Assembly: GCA_002633005.1 (NCBI GenBank)
Contig: NMRA01000130.1
Location: 413,243 to 477,242 of the forward strand
Direction: 5' to 3'
Length of the DNA stretch: 64,000 bases
Source of the DNA: Phoronis australis
Lineage: Eukaryota; Animalia; Phoronida
Below the pieces are notes generated by a model. That model worked only from the letters and a program-made list of their open reading frames with translations, did not search any database and was not told the origin of the DNA. Positions 33,501-46,087 of this stretch are shown one piece after another. Position 1 is the first letter of the stretch, and the number at the start of each line of letters is the position of its first letter. Position numbers and translations under genes: made by a program.

Positions 33501-36500
33501 ATGGGAATGGGACGGAACAGTTCGCGCATAGCCAGTCGCAGGTGAACACAGTTTATGCTGGGGTGGCTTCTTAGTCTGAGTTTTTAACTGAAATATAATT
33601 CTGTGTCTGCGGTGCACGTAGTTTTAGGGATTTCTCAATAACATTTTGCTAGGTCTTGTGGTTATGTTAAACATAAACCGTATGTTAGTGTGTCATTGAT
33701 TCCATTGTATCTCTAATAATAAATAGTGCTTTTGTCATATTCAAGCTAAGGAAGTCAAAGTGGCATTTCCCCATTTAGCTGGATAAAAAACAAACATTGA
33801 AACCATTAGCGTCAGAGTGTGCTGGGGTTGGCGATTCCTGAAATTCTGGATTCGAAAATGACACATGTACGCATTCCCTGTGACTTGAGTTGCCAGTTTA
33901 TTCAGTAAGAATTCCAGTTAGGTTGTCGGTGGTTTTAAACCCCAAAGCGCTCCAGTAAATAATGCATCTTTGACAGATAGACATCCATCTTTAACAATAG
34001 TTTTTTACGTAAAACTCCATCTTTGTTCATATGGCACAACATAAACCTAACTGCGATATTCGAAGAATGAGAGACTGAAGAAGCCAGACAATAAACAAAA
34101 GGAAATTTCTGGGAGTTGAAAAAATCTTTAAGAATAAATAAAATATATTACCAAATTCACCAACACGCCATCAAATAAGGCAAGTTTCTCCATTTGAAAC
34201 TCCATTATGGGCAACATTTATGATGTTGAAATTTCAGTATTATTACCTTACGTTTATTCTATCATCATTGTAGAATTGCCAACTCTGGGAAGCGCGACAG
34301 TGACAATGAAAGTGATTACGATAACGACAAGGACAACGACTGGAGTTACAATGTAGACAGGAAAGGTAACACTTGTGTTAGGAATTTACCTGCAATGCAT
34401 TTTGTGATGAGTTTCCTGTACTTACGTGTTCACAGTTGTTGCCGTTTTCCTCAAAGTGTGCAAAACGTATGCTTGTCCTTTTCCCAGTAAAGTGTAGAAT
34501 TTGAATACCTTACTTAACTTGTGGCATTTGGGAGCGTGATAAAAGCAAGGACTTATCCACGTGAGGACTTATGCACAACTATGGGCATTTAGTGCAGACT
34601 GTCGACTCATGCAGACTGTCTAGTTATAGACTATGGACTCGTGCAATGACAAGTTAAGCAAGGTAGTCTGGGCTTGATTTGCTCATCGATATGATAATAT
34701 TAAACAGTTATTTACAAAAAGTTCTCTATTTATTTTTGCGTAAAAAGGCAATAAGAAGTGCCTTTAATTGTGTCATTTTGCTCTCTCATTTTTATGACGT
34801 CAAAAAGTAAGCTAGAAGCACGCCATAATTCCTCCCTCCTCAAAACTTATATTTGGTGTAATTGGTTATTATAATTTTTAATGGTTCCTGAGAAAGGCAG
34901 TTGTTGTTTGTTAACTTTCTACATACCTGTATCCATAGTTCTTCCATCCACTTATACATATAGTCTGCACTTCCACTGATGCAGCAAAGCGTTCCTTGTA
35001 CACTTTCGGATGGATCAGAAACAATGTATGTGAAAATGTGGAAAACAATACGGTAAAATCTCACCAATTTTAGACAAAGATGATGGCCAAATTTGCTCTT
35101 TTTTCATCGTTCAAGGGATTCTAACTTTGTTGTGAATGTCCATAATTTTTCAAAATATTGTTCATTGGTAGCTAGCATACAGAGCTTGAAGGTAATAGTC
35201 TGATGTAACGTGCCTGCTTTTTGTGAACCAGTTTTCTCCAGTGAATAACGGTTCTCAAAACGTGGGCATTATTGACAAGCTTGAACACGGAAAAGTCTTA
35301 ATTTGGTGTTACTAGTCTTTTATGAAAAAAAATGAGAAAATAAGATTTCACTTGTCTGCCATATTATGTCCCAAAATGGCAAAATATTACCGTAGTCTTA
35401 ATTCCTTATAACGTGTGTCTTTCAATTGACTTTACTCTGACGTTACGCTTGCTTTGTGATCTGAGGGACTCACTAATATAGTCCTTTCAGCGTTCAACAC
35501 GTACCTTAACGCCGAGTTGCATTTAGCAACCTGGCAAAAATCGCCAAAATCTCAGGTTGCCAAATGAAATCTCAGGGTACTGATCCTGTGGGTGAAAAAA
35601 AGGTTGTACGATCGTAGCGGGCCCCATTCTTTAATTCCATTCCTCCCACCAACGAACAAACCATAGAACGCAGACAATCCCATACATTAGTGGCAGGTAT
35701 TCATCGATCTTACCCAATGTTTGCCGAACAATTTCAACTTTTGTCTGTTTACTTCCTGTTGTAATTTAAGCACGATTGATGTGTGCTGACTGTTGTGCCA
35801 AATGCACCGATATCACGAAATAAACGGAAAAATTGTGATCCGAAGCTTGGAAGTCAACACCAATTTCGAAACAAATTTAGGGAAAATTACTGTCTGACTT
35901 TGATACTCGCAGTGGCAACTTCATGGCAACTTGAGATTTTTACCAGTTAACCAAACACAATCTGAGGTCACATTGGCAACCTGGAGGTAACCAAATCAAG
36001 CACTGACTTCCCTTTCCCTATGATGTGATTGAAATGGTCTTTTTGTAATTGTTGAATTTGACGTAATCTTGTATTCTTCTCTCTTCATCTTTCAGCCAAA
36101 AAACTCAGAAGAGACAAGAGTGGTTTATCTCCCAGGCGGGGGAAGCACAACAAGTATAAAAATGGTAAGCAAAGAATAATGTAGGTAAAAATAGTCATGT
36201 GACACCTTAAATTGGTTTAGCCGTAATGAGTCCGCCTGAGCCATATTAAATACCGTGTTTCTACATTTACTATATAACAGAGAGTACGTCTAGTTGTGCA
36301 TTAACTTTGTGTTATAATGTGGTTGCTATACACTGTTGAAAGAAGAATGCCCAGTGGTATTAATTTCAGGCAAGGTCTTGTGTTCTTATTGAAAAGCTCC
36401 ACAAAAGCAGTGACAGTTGCAAGATTTGAAGCGCCATGATTTACCATGTGATGAGTAAAAAGTCAGATCCCACATCATTTTCGCTCATCTCGAGCGGATT

Positions 36501-39500
36501 TTCTTTTTGAAAAAGTGAGCAATTAAAAAATGCCTCTCCACCGACTCAATTTTCAAAAAATACCAGAGCCTACTATGCTTTGTTGGACTTATAGAAAATG
36601 TTTACTAGTTAGCCCAAAGATGTATATTCAGATAATGGGTCTTGTAGGGATCCAGAATGTGTGTGCAGTGTACTTTTAGAAATAAGGGGCATATTAAAGG
36701 AAAGTGTATAAAAACAGTTCTGTACTTGCATTTTGCATGGTGCCTCAGGGTATAGAGGTTGCTGTACAAACTGTCATGTTCTACATTTAAGTATGTCAGT
36801 ACAGTTCGGTACAGCCCTTCATTAAGGCACACGTGACTGAAAACACGACTGCTTTCCGTTGGATAGCTTGATATGCATATATTTAGTAAATAGGAACGTG
36901 TTGTCTGTTGTGGATATGGTGACATGAGGGCGTTCTGTCGTTCAGCAAATTTTCCAGACGTGAGGGGTTCTGAACGTGCGATAACATCTGGCTCTTTTGT
37001 TAACTGCCCAGCTCAGTCTTTTGTCCCGTATGATAACAAGCAGGCCAATTATCTCCCAGGCTTCAAAGGGTTACTGAAACCTGGCGGAATCGATAGTCTT
37101 AACTTCTTAATGCCAACCCCTGGATTTTTTAATATGGTTGGCATAATTGGGATGAGTGTGGTACAGTGCAAGCCAAAAGTATTCAGACAAAATTACCCAC
37201 AATTCCCCATCATGACTGCTGGGTGGAAGCCAAACTCATTGTCAGAGTTGTCTCCCCTTTTGACTGAGAATGAAGGGAATTGTCAGGAAAGTTAGTATGG
37301 TGGCTAGGCTATTCCACAATTAGAATTATTTTTCCCCAATAATAGTGATTACCAGTCATTTTTGCCGTGAACAGAATTAGCCGTCGTGACGGGGAAACAG
37401 CATTCTAGTCACTTTTGTGTTGTACTGTAGTAACAGTTGGTAATATATTTATTTCAGGGGACACATCTGGTGTAGGTCACGTGACATCTGAGAGTGGTGT
37501 AACCCCATATGAACTCATGACACTGGAAGACCGCAAGACGTTCCTCCTTAGCCAATGTGGAGTCATCTCGGAGCACACCAGGAAGATGTGTACACGGTAG
37601 GGATTCGTTGCTGAATTACAACTCTCATTTTGAGAAACTTTGGAACAATGTTTTGATATTTTCTCTTGTACCGTTTGTTTGTATGTTGTGATTACCCATG
37701 TTCATATCCAAACTTTAATGAACTTTTTGTGGATAAAGTGAGAAGCCGTTTGCAGTGACTTGAACGGGTGCGGATGGTGGAATGTTATTCCAATATTATG
37801 TGCCTTAGAGTGCCTTGGTGATTATGACATGTAGTCTGTAGTAATAGCTTGCGAGCTAGGAGGAAACAAACCACAGTGTGGCAAATATAGGACCACTTGT
37901 CACTTCTTAGCCTGGCAAAACGCCTTCCCATAAGGCTCTTCACTGGAATGGGTAAACATAATTTTCACCTTTAGGATCTGTAATGTAACTTTTTTGTTCA
38001 AATGAACTAGTTACACCATGTCAGCTGCTCAGCAATACTTCTGTCCTACTACATGTTAATGTAGGTCTTTTCTGTGGAAATGTACTTTAAAATGCTATCT
38101 GTGTTTGCATCTATTCTCACTCCCCAAAGTCCTCACTGTTTGATTTCTGCAATTCTTGCTTATAATCAAAAACTTTTCATCCTTTACAGATCTCATAAAT
38201 GTCCCCAGCATACCGAAGAACAAAGGCAGAGGGTTAGACAACAGTTACTAGGTCATCCAGGGTAAGTTAGATGTGGTAGATCGACCTTGAAGTTGATACG
38301 TATGCCGTGTTTGTTATCAGCAGTGGCGGATTTAAGGGGGCCATGCCCCCCCCCCAAAATTTTCCCATATTCCATTTGGCACTTGGGGAATGCAAATGTC
38401 TGATGGGCAAAATCTTGGCTAATACTCTGCCCTGCCCCCCCCCCCCAACTCGAAATCCTGGATCCGCCCCTGATCAGTACAGTAAACTATCAATAATTTT
38501 TAATAAAAATAATCGTCGAGGCTTCTAACATTGTTGTGGATTCCCCCAATTTCTCATAATGTTGTCTGTTTGTAGCTATGGTACACAAGCTGAACATAGA
38601 AAAGCATTAACTTGATGCTACATGTCTTTTATGAAAAAATTGAGAAAATAAAATTTCACTTGTTGGTGACATTGTGTCCTAAATTGGGGATATTTTACAG
38701 TTGTTGGTACTTTTCAGTTAGTTCCTTCATTTCAAGGTGATGAGTGTCTTCTAATATGTTGTTTTGCTTAAATGTCACGAATCTAGGACCCTCAGGGAGA
38801 ATAGATTGGTTGGGATGGCCTGGGTAAACAATGGAATCTACTACAACAGGAAACTCAACATCTATTCGCTTGCTGTTAAACTTGCTTCTTGGTTTTATTT
38901 GAAATATTTTGCATATACGTTAAGCACTTGTGTCTAATATTCAGTCATCTGATATGTATATTCTAGCATGAACATAAATGTATGCATGTATGTTGGTGGT
39001 GACCTATCACTGATCAAGTGGGGAATTATGATGCAGAAAAAACTGTAATTCTTTCTTGGACGTACTTGAAAATAGCAGGCAATTTTTCGTCGACCTCTAC
39101 CAATTTTTCGTCGACCTCTACCAATTTTTCGTCGACCTCTACCAATTTTTCGTCGTCCTCTACCAATTTTTTAAGCCTCTGCAATACCTGTCATTGATTG
39201 TCAGTCTCGATTCAAACCTTCAAACAGGTTTCCCAACATTTGCCTCATGATAGACGTATGTCACAGGGGGCCCGCAGAAGTTTTAAAAAGTTGGCAGTAG
39301 CCATAGAAATGTTGCTTTTAATTCTCGAGTTGATATAGGAAGGATGTGTAACTTCCAAATCATACTCATGTATGGCAAATGATGTGCATTAGGACTAAAA
39401 GTGGGAATCTTGATGATCTGTTTTTTCTTCGATTCTCTTGATACAAGCCTTCCTACGCTAAAGTAATGGTGGTTTTCTCACATTTTGTCTCCCCCTAGTG

Positions 39501-40405
39501 GTGACGGTGACGAGGTGCAGATAGACATCGACAGCTATGAGGACGGGGATAGCCAGGTGTTGCGTGACACGCTGCATTGGGAGGCTGTCTCTAACCCATC
39601 TCCAACAGACTCTACCTCAACTACAGCAAGTAAGTGTGACGTGCGTAGACCTGCCGTGGAAGTAGGCGCACACGCCATCTTGTGCTCAAAAAACATCAAC
39701 AGGAAGTGAAAGACGTTTAGTTTTCATTCCAAGTTAACATGTCATCCATTTATTGTGGTTTTTTCATCACCTTTTAATAAGCAGTGTAGTGATTTTCATT
39801 TGAAGAGTGTGAAGTTTCCAAGCATGGAAAGTCAGTGAAATTGGAAGGATAAAAAGTCGTAAAATCGAGTAACATAGGTAAAAGAATCGCGAAGTCATAC
39901 ATTCAGTTGTGTTTGGCATTAAAAAATTACCGCGTCTGCTTTTTTGTGGGAAAAATAACTCGTAGAAAATGAAAATGCAGTATGAATAGGAAGCACAGTT
40001 CTACAACTGAAATGTTATTTTCACATCCCTTTGCCAAACTGTTTTTGAGCAGACTTAGGAATTGTCCTCGATTTTCAAGACATGTTGTTTGGAAGTCCTA
40101 GGTGAGACAACTTGTGCACAAGATGGTCTCGCCACCTGGTGACTGACTGTTGAGTGTTCAATTTTGATTCATTTGCGCGCGTGCGTGCACATTGTATTTT
40201 CTTACAAACGTACACATATTTTCACTACTAATCATTAAACAAGTTAAAATATTTAAACAAGGTTATTCCTGAAATAATGTTTTTCCTACTTTTAGGCACT
40301 GGCTCAAGGCAACGGGGCAAGCGACCATACAAGAAGAAAAAGAAAAGGGGTGTGGCAAAAGGTCAAAGGTCAGCCACACCCAATAGTGTCTATGAGTATA
40401 GTTAA
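30591..40405 (+). CDS. ATXN7L3: Ataxin-7-like protein 3 / SGF11 (SAGA deubiquitination module), complete, 10 coding exons, ~341 aa
   Basis: Exons 30591-30701, 31736-31851, 33034-33050, 33373-33541, 34274-34365, 36096-36164, 37458-37596, 38190-38261, 39499-39629, 40296-40405, totalling 1026 nt and phase-consistent. Motifs: [10 protein letters not shown], the Sgf11 zinc finger [34 protein letters not shown], and the SCA7 domain [27 protein letters not shown]. Confidence 0.96.
32481..32612. repeat. Inverted repeat with 21-bp perfect core (MITE remnant)
   Basis: gttctgcattcacttctattg (32494-32514) / caatagaagtgaatgcagaac (32576-32596), with imperfect extension. Confidence 0.7.
35317..35390. repeat. 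Short dispersed ~75-bp repeat (also ~38625-38700, ~42295-42358, reverse at ~17715-17770)
   Basis: Shared core gaaaata(a)atttcacttgtc.gccatatt.tgtcc.aaa. Confidence 0.55.
38321..38472. mobile_element. MITE family D copy
   Basis: TSD ATCAG; the internal sequence is the reverse complement of the 2955-3102 copy. Confidence 0.8.
39080..39171. repeat. 21-bp minisatellite x ~4.4 (CAATTTTTCGTCGACCTCTAC)
   Basis: Tandem copies visible directly in an ATXN7L3 intron. Confidence 0.95.
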
Positions 40406-40631
40406 TGACTGTTGAGGATTAGCCATTTTGTTGTCACAGTAAGTCATTTAAACCAACAGGTACTCAACCAGTCATTCAGTGAGCCCAAGGGGTAGCAAAG
40501 GTGTATAGCTGCACAGTGGGCAACTTGACATTCAACAGGCGATGATTTTTTTAACTCCTGGGTAGATGAAGAACAAAAACCAATTCATCTGCGCTGGAGT
40601 ATTTGAGGTATAAGGGTCCCACATGATCATC

Positions 40632-40824
40632 TGAGTTTCACTAGCACCTCCTAGTGAGATTCACTAGCGCCGCCTAGTGAGATTCACTAGCGCCTCCTAG
40701 TGAGATTCACTAGCGCCTCCTAGTGAGATTCACTAGCGCCTCCTAGTGAGATTCACTAGCGCCTCCTAGTGAGTTTCAGTAGCTCCACCTAGTGAGTTTC
40801 ACTGACGCCGCCTAGTGAGTTTCA
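40632..40824. repeat. 23-bp minisatellite x ~8.4 (TGAGATTCACTAGCGCCTCCTAG), each unit self-complementary
   Basis: Units counted directly; TCACTAG-N6-CTAGTGA stem in most units. Confidence 0.95.
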
Positions 40825-41063
40825 AGTTGCCCTTTCCACTGGAGTCACAAATTAAGTTTTCGAGCTTTAATGCCACAAAGTTCCAGCTTGGTGTACTCTT
40901 ACTTTCACCTGAAATATGTCAGTGGAATTTTGTTACTAAAAATTTATTGGTCAAGTATATTATTCTGATGTAGTGTGTGTTTATCGCTGTTCACATGACA
41001 GAGGCCACAGCTTTAGCCATATTGATATATCTGCGTACAGTCTATGACTTTCCAGTTGCTCAA

Positions 41064-41487
41064 GTGCCCTGTTGCATGAAACAGTCCCAAACAGGGACTC
41101 ATCTAAGTTCCTTTAATCTACTGTGAATTTGTAGACTTGTGAAAACATGGATTGCCCCTTTGTTATGCAGTTTAAGTTTCATTGCTAAGTCAACTTTTGT
41201 CTTTTGATACAAGTCAAGAGTGAACTCAACGATGAATTCTCAATATTATCAAAATATTTAGGGATCTTTTCATCCAACGCCCCTAACTCAAGGACTAAGC
41301 CTCTATATATTTTCATTGAAATTATGACTCCATTTTACTATTAGAAAATATCATTAGTCAAGGAGGAGCTCTAAGTAAAGATTAAATCAGATAGAAAAAT
41401 ATTACATTTGTGAGTAAACAAAGACACAACTAGGTTTAGGGAACTTAGTTGGGTCCCTATTTGGGACTGTTTCATGCAACCCAGCAC
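41064..41487. mobile_element. MITE family E downstream of the ATXN7L3 stop; second copy at ~31865-32177
   Basis: TIR gttgcatgaaacagtcccaaa / tttgggactgtttcatgcaac. The internal sequence (gacttgtgaaaacat; agagtgaactc; aattctcaatattat) is shared with 31865-32177. Confidence 0.75.
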
Positions 41488-44400
41488 AGATTTCTTGTGT
41501 TTTGTTGGAAATTGACACTAGATGTCACAGCTACAACCTTTTTTCAATACGTTTGTTGATTCGTGGAGCCATGGCTGTTTTGATGAATTTTTTCTAAATT
41601 TGTTATTGACTTGGTCTTGTCGCACACTACATGAAACTGTACTTCCTTTTTCTCAACTTCTTGTTCTCACGTTTTTGTGCCACTTACGTTTTGTTGTTTC
41701 GTGTTGAAGCTGCATTTTGCCTTGTTTAGCTGGCTGAGAAACAAAAATCGAAATAAGCCATTTAATCTCATAAATTTGGTCTCACAGTGTTCCGTCAGCA
41801 ACTCAAAAAACACTTAAAGTTTCGTTGGGGTTGCTCAGCCCTGCTGCGAATGGCTTTAGTTGCCGGCCTCATTCAGCAACAGTTCAAGATTGAATGAGTG
41901 TGGTAATGTTTTAAGCCTCAAAACGCTTGGATTGAGAATTCAACATTGACAACTTAACAAGGACAAAATGCCCCTTTAGATGTTCTGCTATTTCTTTAAT
42001 TTCCTGTCATAATTTGCTGTTATTTTGTGTAGTCAATATTTTTTGCAAATCGATGCAATTCTGAGATAGCACACAATGTAAATTGCCATTACGGCTTTCA
42101 TCGTTAGCGTACGGTCATTATCCACTTAATTTCCAAAAAATAATTGTGTCAAAAAGTTGTCATTTTTTCCATTTTCAAGGGCTGATTACTAAACTGCAAA
42201 TAGTGGAAAGTTACCTCAAAGCTGTTTTACGACATCTGCACAGTACAAACCATGCTACTAATATTAATTTTTAGGTCATTATTTTCATGGAGATTTCTTG
42301 CAAAATATAATTTCACTTGTCAGCCATATTGTTTCCTAAAGAAATGAAGAATTACCATACTTCTAAGAATATTTGGGGTCAAAGTTCAAAGTTAGTCTTC
42401 AACTCATTATTTTCATCAGTGCTGCTATCATCATCCACGGTCTTTTCGACAGACTTTTTCTTTCCACGGTTTATTTGAACCAGTTCAACAAAAACACTTT
42501 TTGATCCAAAATAAAGCAGTTTTCAAAATTTGTTGCTATCCTCTCTGTTGTCATCAGCGTTTTTTCCATCATCATCTTTGTATTCATCGTTTTGTTCAGT
42601 TTCACCAGTCAGGAGCTTTTAGTTTATTTATCGCACAGAATTCATATTTTGGTCAATGATAATAAGGAATGAATGTCAAGTGGAATTTTTCAGCTAGCAA
42701 CACTCAGCAGGATGTTTATATTGATGTTAGGAATCCGCCTGTGCTAGCTCACCTTGGGGGGATACTTGACCTAATTTTGAATTGGTGTCAAGTTGTTGTT
42801 GAGTGAAATGCGAAAGTGTGATGCTGCCCGTTGGTGTAAGGAATCTGCAGATGTTATGGTCTATGGGTTGAAGAGCAGTTATTTGGGATTATCATAAAAA
42901 GAATGCATTATATTAAAAAGATAGTATTTGGCTGCTGGGGCAGATCCAGAGGGTCGTCCAGAGTGCCGGAACTTTTGTATTGGAGGAATAAAAAGTGCCT
43001 CCTGTGTCCGTCTATTGTCAGGACCCTCCATTCTTGATCCTGTATCAGCATACCATGTCAGGATTGTTAATACTGCAGACTGACTCAGTAATTCTTCAAT
43101 TATTTTGTAGGCAAAAATAATTGCCAAAATTGCATTTTTCTATTTTTCATAGGCGGATTACATTGGTGCATATCCTTGTTTTAGAATCTGCACACCTCAA
43201 ACCAAGCTTATAATGCAATAACTTTTTTCTGATAGTTATTTTTGCCAGAAAATTTGACAAAATAAAATTTTACTGGTCAATCTTGTGGTGTGCTAAATAG
43301 GTAAAGACTAAGGACACCACTTCTGACTTGAGTTATCTGTTGCTGCTACTACATGAAAAGTTATCAGGGGAAATAATTCCAGTTAGTTGTACCTTTGGTT
43401 TCCTTTTGAATCTGTTACTGGATATGTTATAAGATATCTTTGAAGTTAATTCTGTTATGTTATGTGTTAGACATTGTAATTGTATTAGAAAATAAATACA
43501 TAACTCTTGAACTCTGTGTACTGTTAATCCACGTTTTGAGCTGCATGGAAAATCAATTTCCATCTATGGCTGTAGGTGTGATAAGAAAAATTGGAACAAG
43601 TTCACTAACTGTTCATTTCTTGTTCATTTCACAGAAGTGTGTTACAGTGATTGTCAAAGGCATTGCATATTCCGCCTGTTTACTTTTAGTAGTCCTACCA
43701 GGAATTTCTGCAAATTGGTCTTCATCGTAAATGGGCTCATGGACATACTTTCAGATAACAATTAAAAAATCATGGTTTGGAAAGTTTCTCAAAACTGAAC
43801 AGGGTCCCCAAGAGTAAAAAAACAAGGCTTTCTGAGAACAAAGCTTGGAATTTTCCTCTTTTTTTGGCATCGATTTCCCCTTTTTTGATTCCCACTTCAC
43901 TTTTTTTCTGTCTCTTTTTATCATTATTTCAAGTAAAATGAAATAAGTTATTTCGTTCTACTTGGAAAAGAAACAAGATTCGATCAGTGCAAACAAAGTG
44001 TTAAAATAACAGATTGTGCATAGTCAAGTTGTTTTGTGCGTGGAGAGATGCTTGGTGTTTTGTGGAAAGTGTAAGGGTTCGCTCTTCACCTGCGCTCTTG
44101 AATTGTTTGGAATAAATGCTTGAGCTTGTTTGCCTTGTACTTGTCTGGCGCCCAGACAGAGGTCGCGCGCAATGGCGTGGCGCATGGGCGTGGCTTACTG
44201 TTTTAAAGATCGAGTATAACTAAGCCACGCCCCTGTAACAGAATAGAGTAAAGTTTACCTAAAAATACATGTTGACATCACGATATGTAACTTTCAGACT
44301 ATGAGACGGCCAGTTTCTATATCCCTGTTTTCATAGAAACCACTGGTTCTACCGGGCAGACGACAATCATGTGATTGGACTCGTACGTCAGAACCACGTG

Positions 44401-44647
44401 CCGTCGACTCATACTCAAGACGGTGAACCACAACATCACGGGTAATAAACTAAAAAAATCATGCACTCGAACTGCAGACTCACTCGTTCGATCAAAAACC
44501 ATCGAAATCTTACGAACCCCAAATGAGAGAAAATAGTTCTCATTGCAACTCGTAGGAGTAACCTTTGTTGCTACGTTTTATGCTGGGGTTCGAACATATG
44601 ATTCAACGGTTGAGCGGACTCTGCCGATTCGCAGTTCATGCTTCCAA

Positions 44648-45530
44648 GTGCCCGTTTCATGAAAAATGACTTAGAGGGATTCTCTCAAACCAGGCTTTGC
44701 CTATTAACAGATACATCGGTTCTCTGGAACAAAATAATGCTCTGTAACCCTCGACAACCCTTAAAAGATTGGAGGAAAATTTGAAAACTCCTTTCAGAGG
44801 AAGCGCGCACCCAGCTTAATAAATGGGGGGCTCGAATTTTTGAGAATGTGGACGTTTTACTAAGATTTACGGGGTACGTTCAGAGCTATGAATTGTGCAT
44901 TCGCCAAATTTTGGTTGCTTCTACCTTTTTAGTGAACTTTTTTGTCTCATTTTCTACTTTTTCGGAGTTTTTGTTTCTCTGAGGCGGACTTTTTTGCCCA
45001 TTTCGACAAATGGGGGCTCTTTCTAGCCCCCCCGACCCCTCCTGGATCCGCGCATGCAGAGTCTGTTAAGCGTGACCTACGCTTTTACCGAATTGTGCGG
45101 CAAGTGGTAAAAAAAACACAAAAGACCGTAATATCCAATTTATGAAATCGGGAGTATGAGTTTTTAGTTGATTCCCGCCTCTCTTAGTATCTTTCAAGAT
45201 TGACGCCAATAATTCATTAGCAGGTGACAGGACGAGGGTTGGCTGAAATCATCTAAACAGAGGATTTAATATCCTTATAAGATTTAGGACAGAATTTTGG
45301 TTTTACACTTTACACAACTGTTTCTGAAAAATTAGCAATCTCATTTGAGCTGAAGTGTAAACACTGTATGTAGATATATATTGGTTTCTGAGATAGTTTC
45401 AATTAACTATTTCTAGACTGTGACCCTCTCATAATTACATGGATAAACTCTTATTTAACATTTGTGAAGACGGGAGCTTAAGCTCAAAATCCTGTCTTAA
45501 GTCTGAAGTCACAGTCATGAAACGGACCCC
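44648..45530. mobile_element. Triple-nested MITEs: outer family B (44648-45530) containing family A (44675-45276) containing family C (44800-45056)
   Basis: Outer TIR gcccgtttcatga / tcatgaaacggac. A reverse-oriented family A copy is inserted at a degenerate TTAA. The family C element is flanked by the 5-bp TSD CAGAG. Confidence 0.75.
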
Positions 45531-45837
45531 TGGCACCATTTTTAGGCCAAAAATATAGTTCATTCGTGTTAGTTACCCGACTGATTCTGAGGTCTGCGCT
45601 CACCGATTGAAAGTAAAAGAACCGACCGCCTGTTTCAATTTCAGCCAAGGTATCGTTCTTTTTTATTGAAAGCTGCTCAAAGCCACGTAAGCAAGGTTTG
45701 AAACGCCACGATTTTACAAGCGATGGGTAGAAATAGCATCATTTTTGCTCGTCTCAGCTTGCTTTTCTGTTTTGGAAAAGTGTGCACTAAAAGTACAGCT
45801 TTATCACCGACCCGATTTACATAAAAACACAGACCAG

Positions 45838-46087
45838 GGGCCCGTTCCAAGAAACTGACTTTTGAGTTCATTTTTGACTTAAGTCTAAGATTTGTCTTAA
45901 CTTCCAAACTTTGAAACTTCAACATCTGGTAACTTCATCAAAATTAAACCAAAACTTACGTCAAACACTTAAAGCAATCTAAACATCTCTTTCTTGAAAT
46001 GATTTTGAGACAAATTGAACTTTTATTTTAAAATTTAGTAAAATTTAGGAATTGTCTTAGCTAAGTCAGTTTTGTTGGAACGGGCCC
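45838..46087. mobile_element. MITE with GGGCCCGTTCCAA TIRs (related to family B; PIF/Harbinger-like termini)
   Basis: gggcccgttccaagaaactgactt ... aagtcagttttgttggaacgggccc. Confidence 0.75.

Noticed and set aside
36605-37295. 106-aa and 123-aa ORFs inside an ATXN7L3 intron
   Set aside because: No recognisable motifs, and the ATXN7L3 frame is complete without them.
39056-39250. ORF with QFFVDLY repeats
   Set aside because: It is the product of the 21-bp intronic minisatellite.
40632-40824. Palindromic 23-bp repeats resembling a CRISPR array
   Set aside because: The units are directly adjacent with no unique spacers, there are no cas genes, and the context is eukaryotic.
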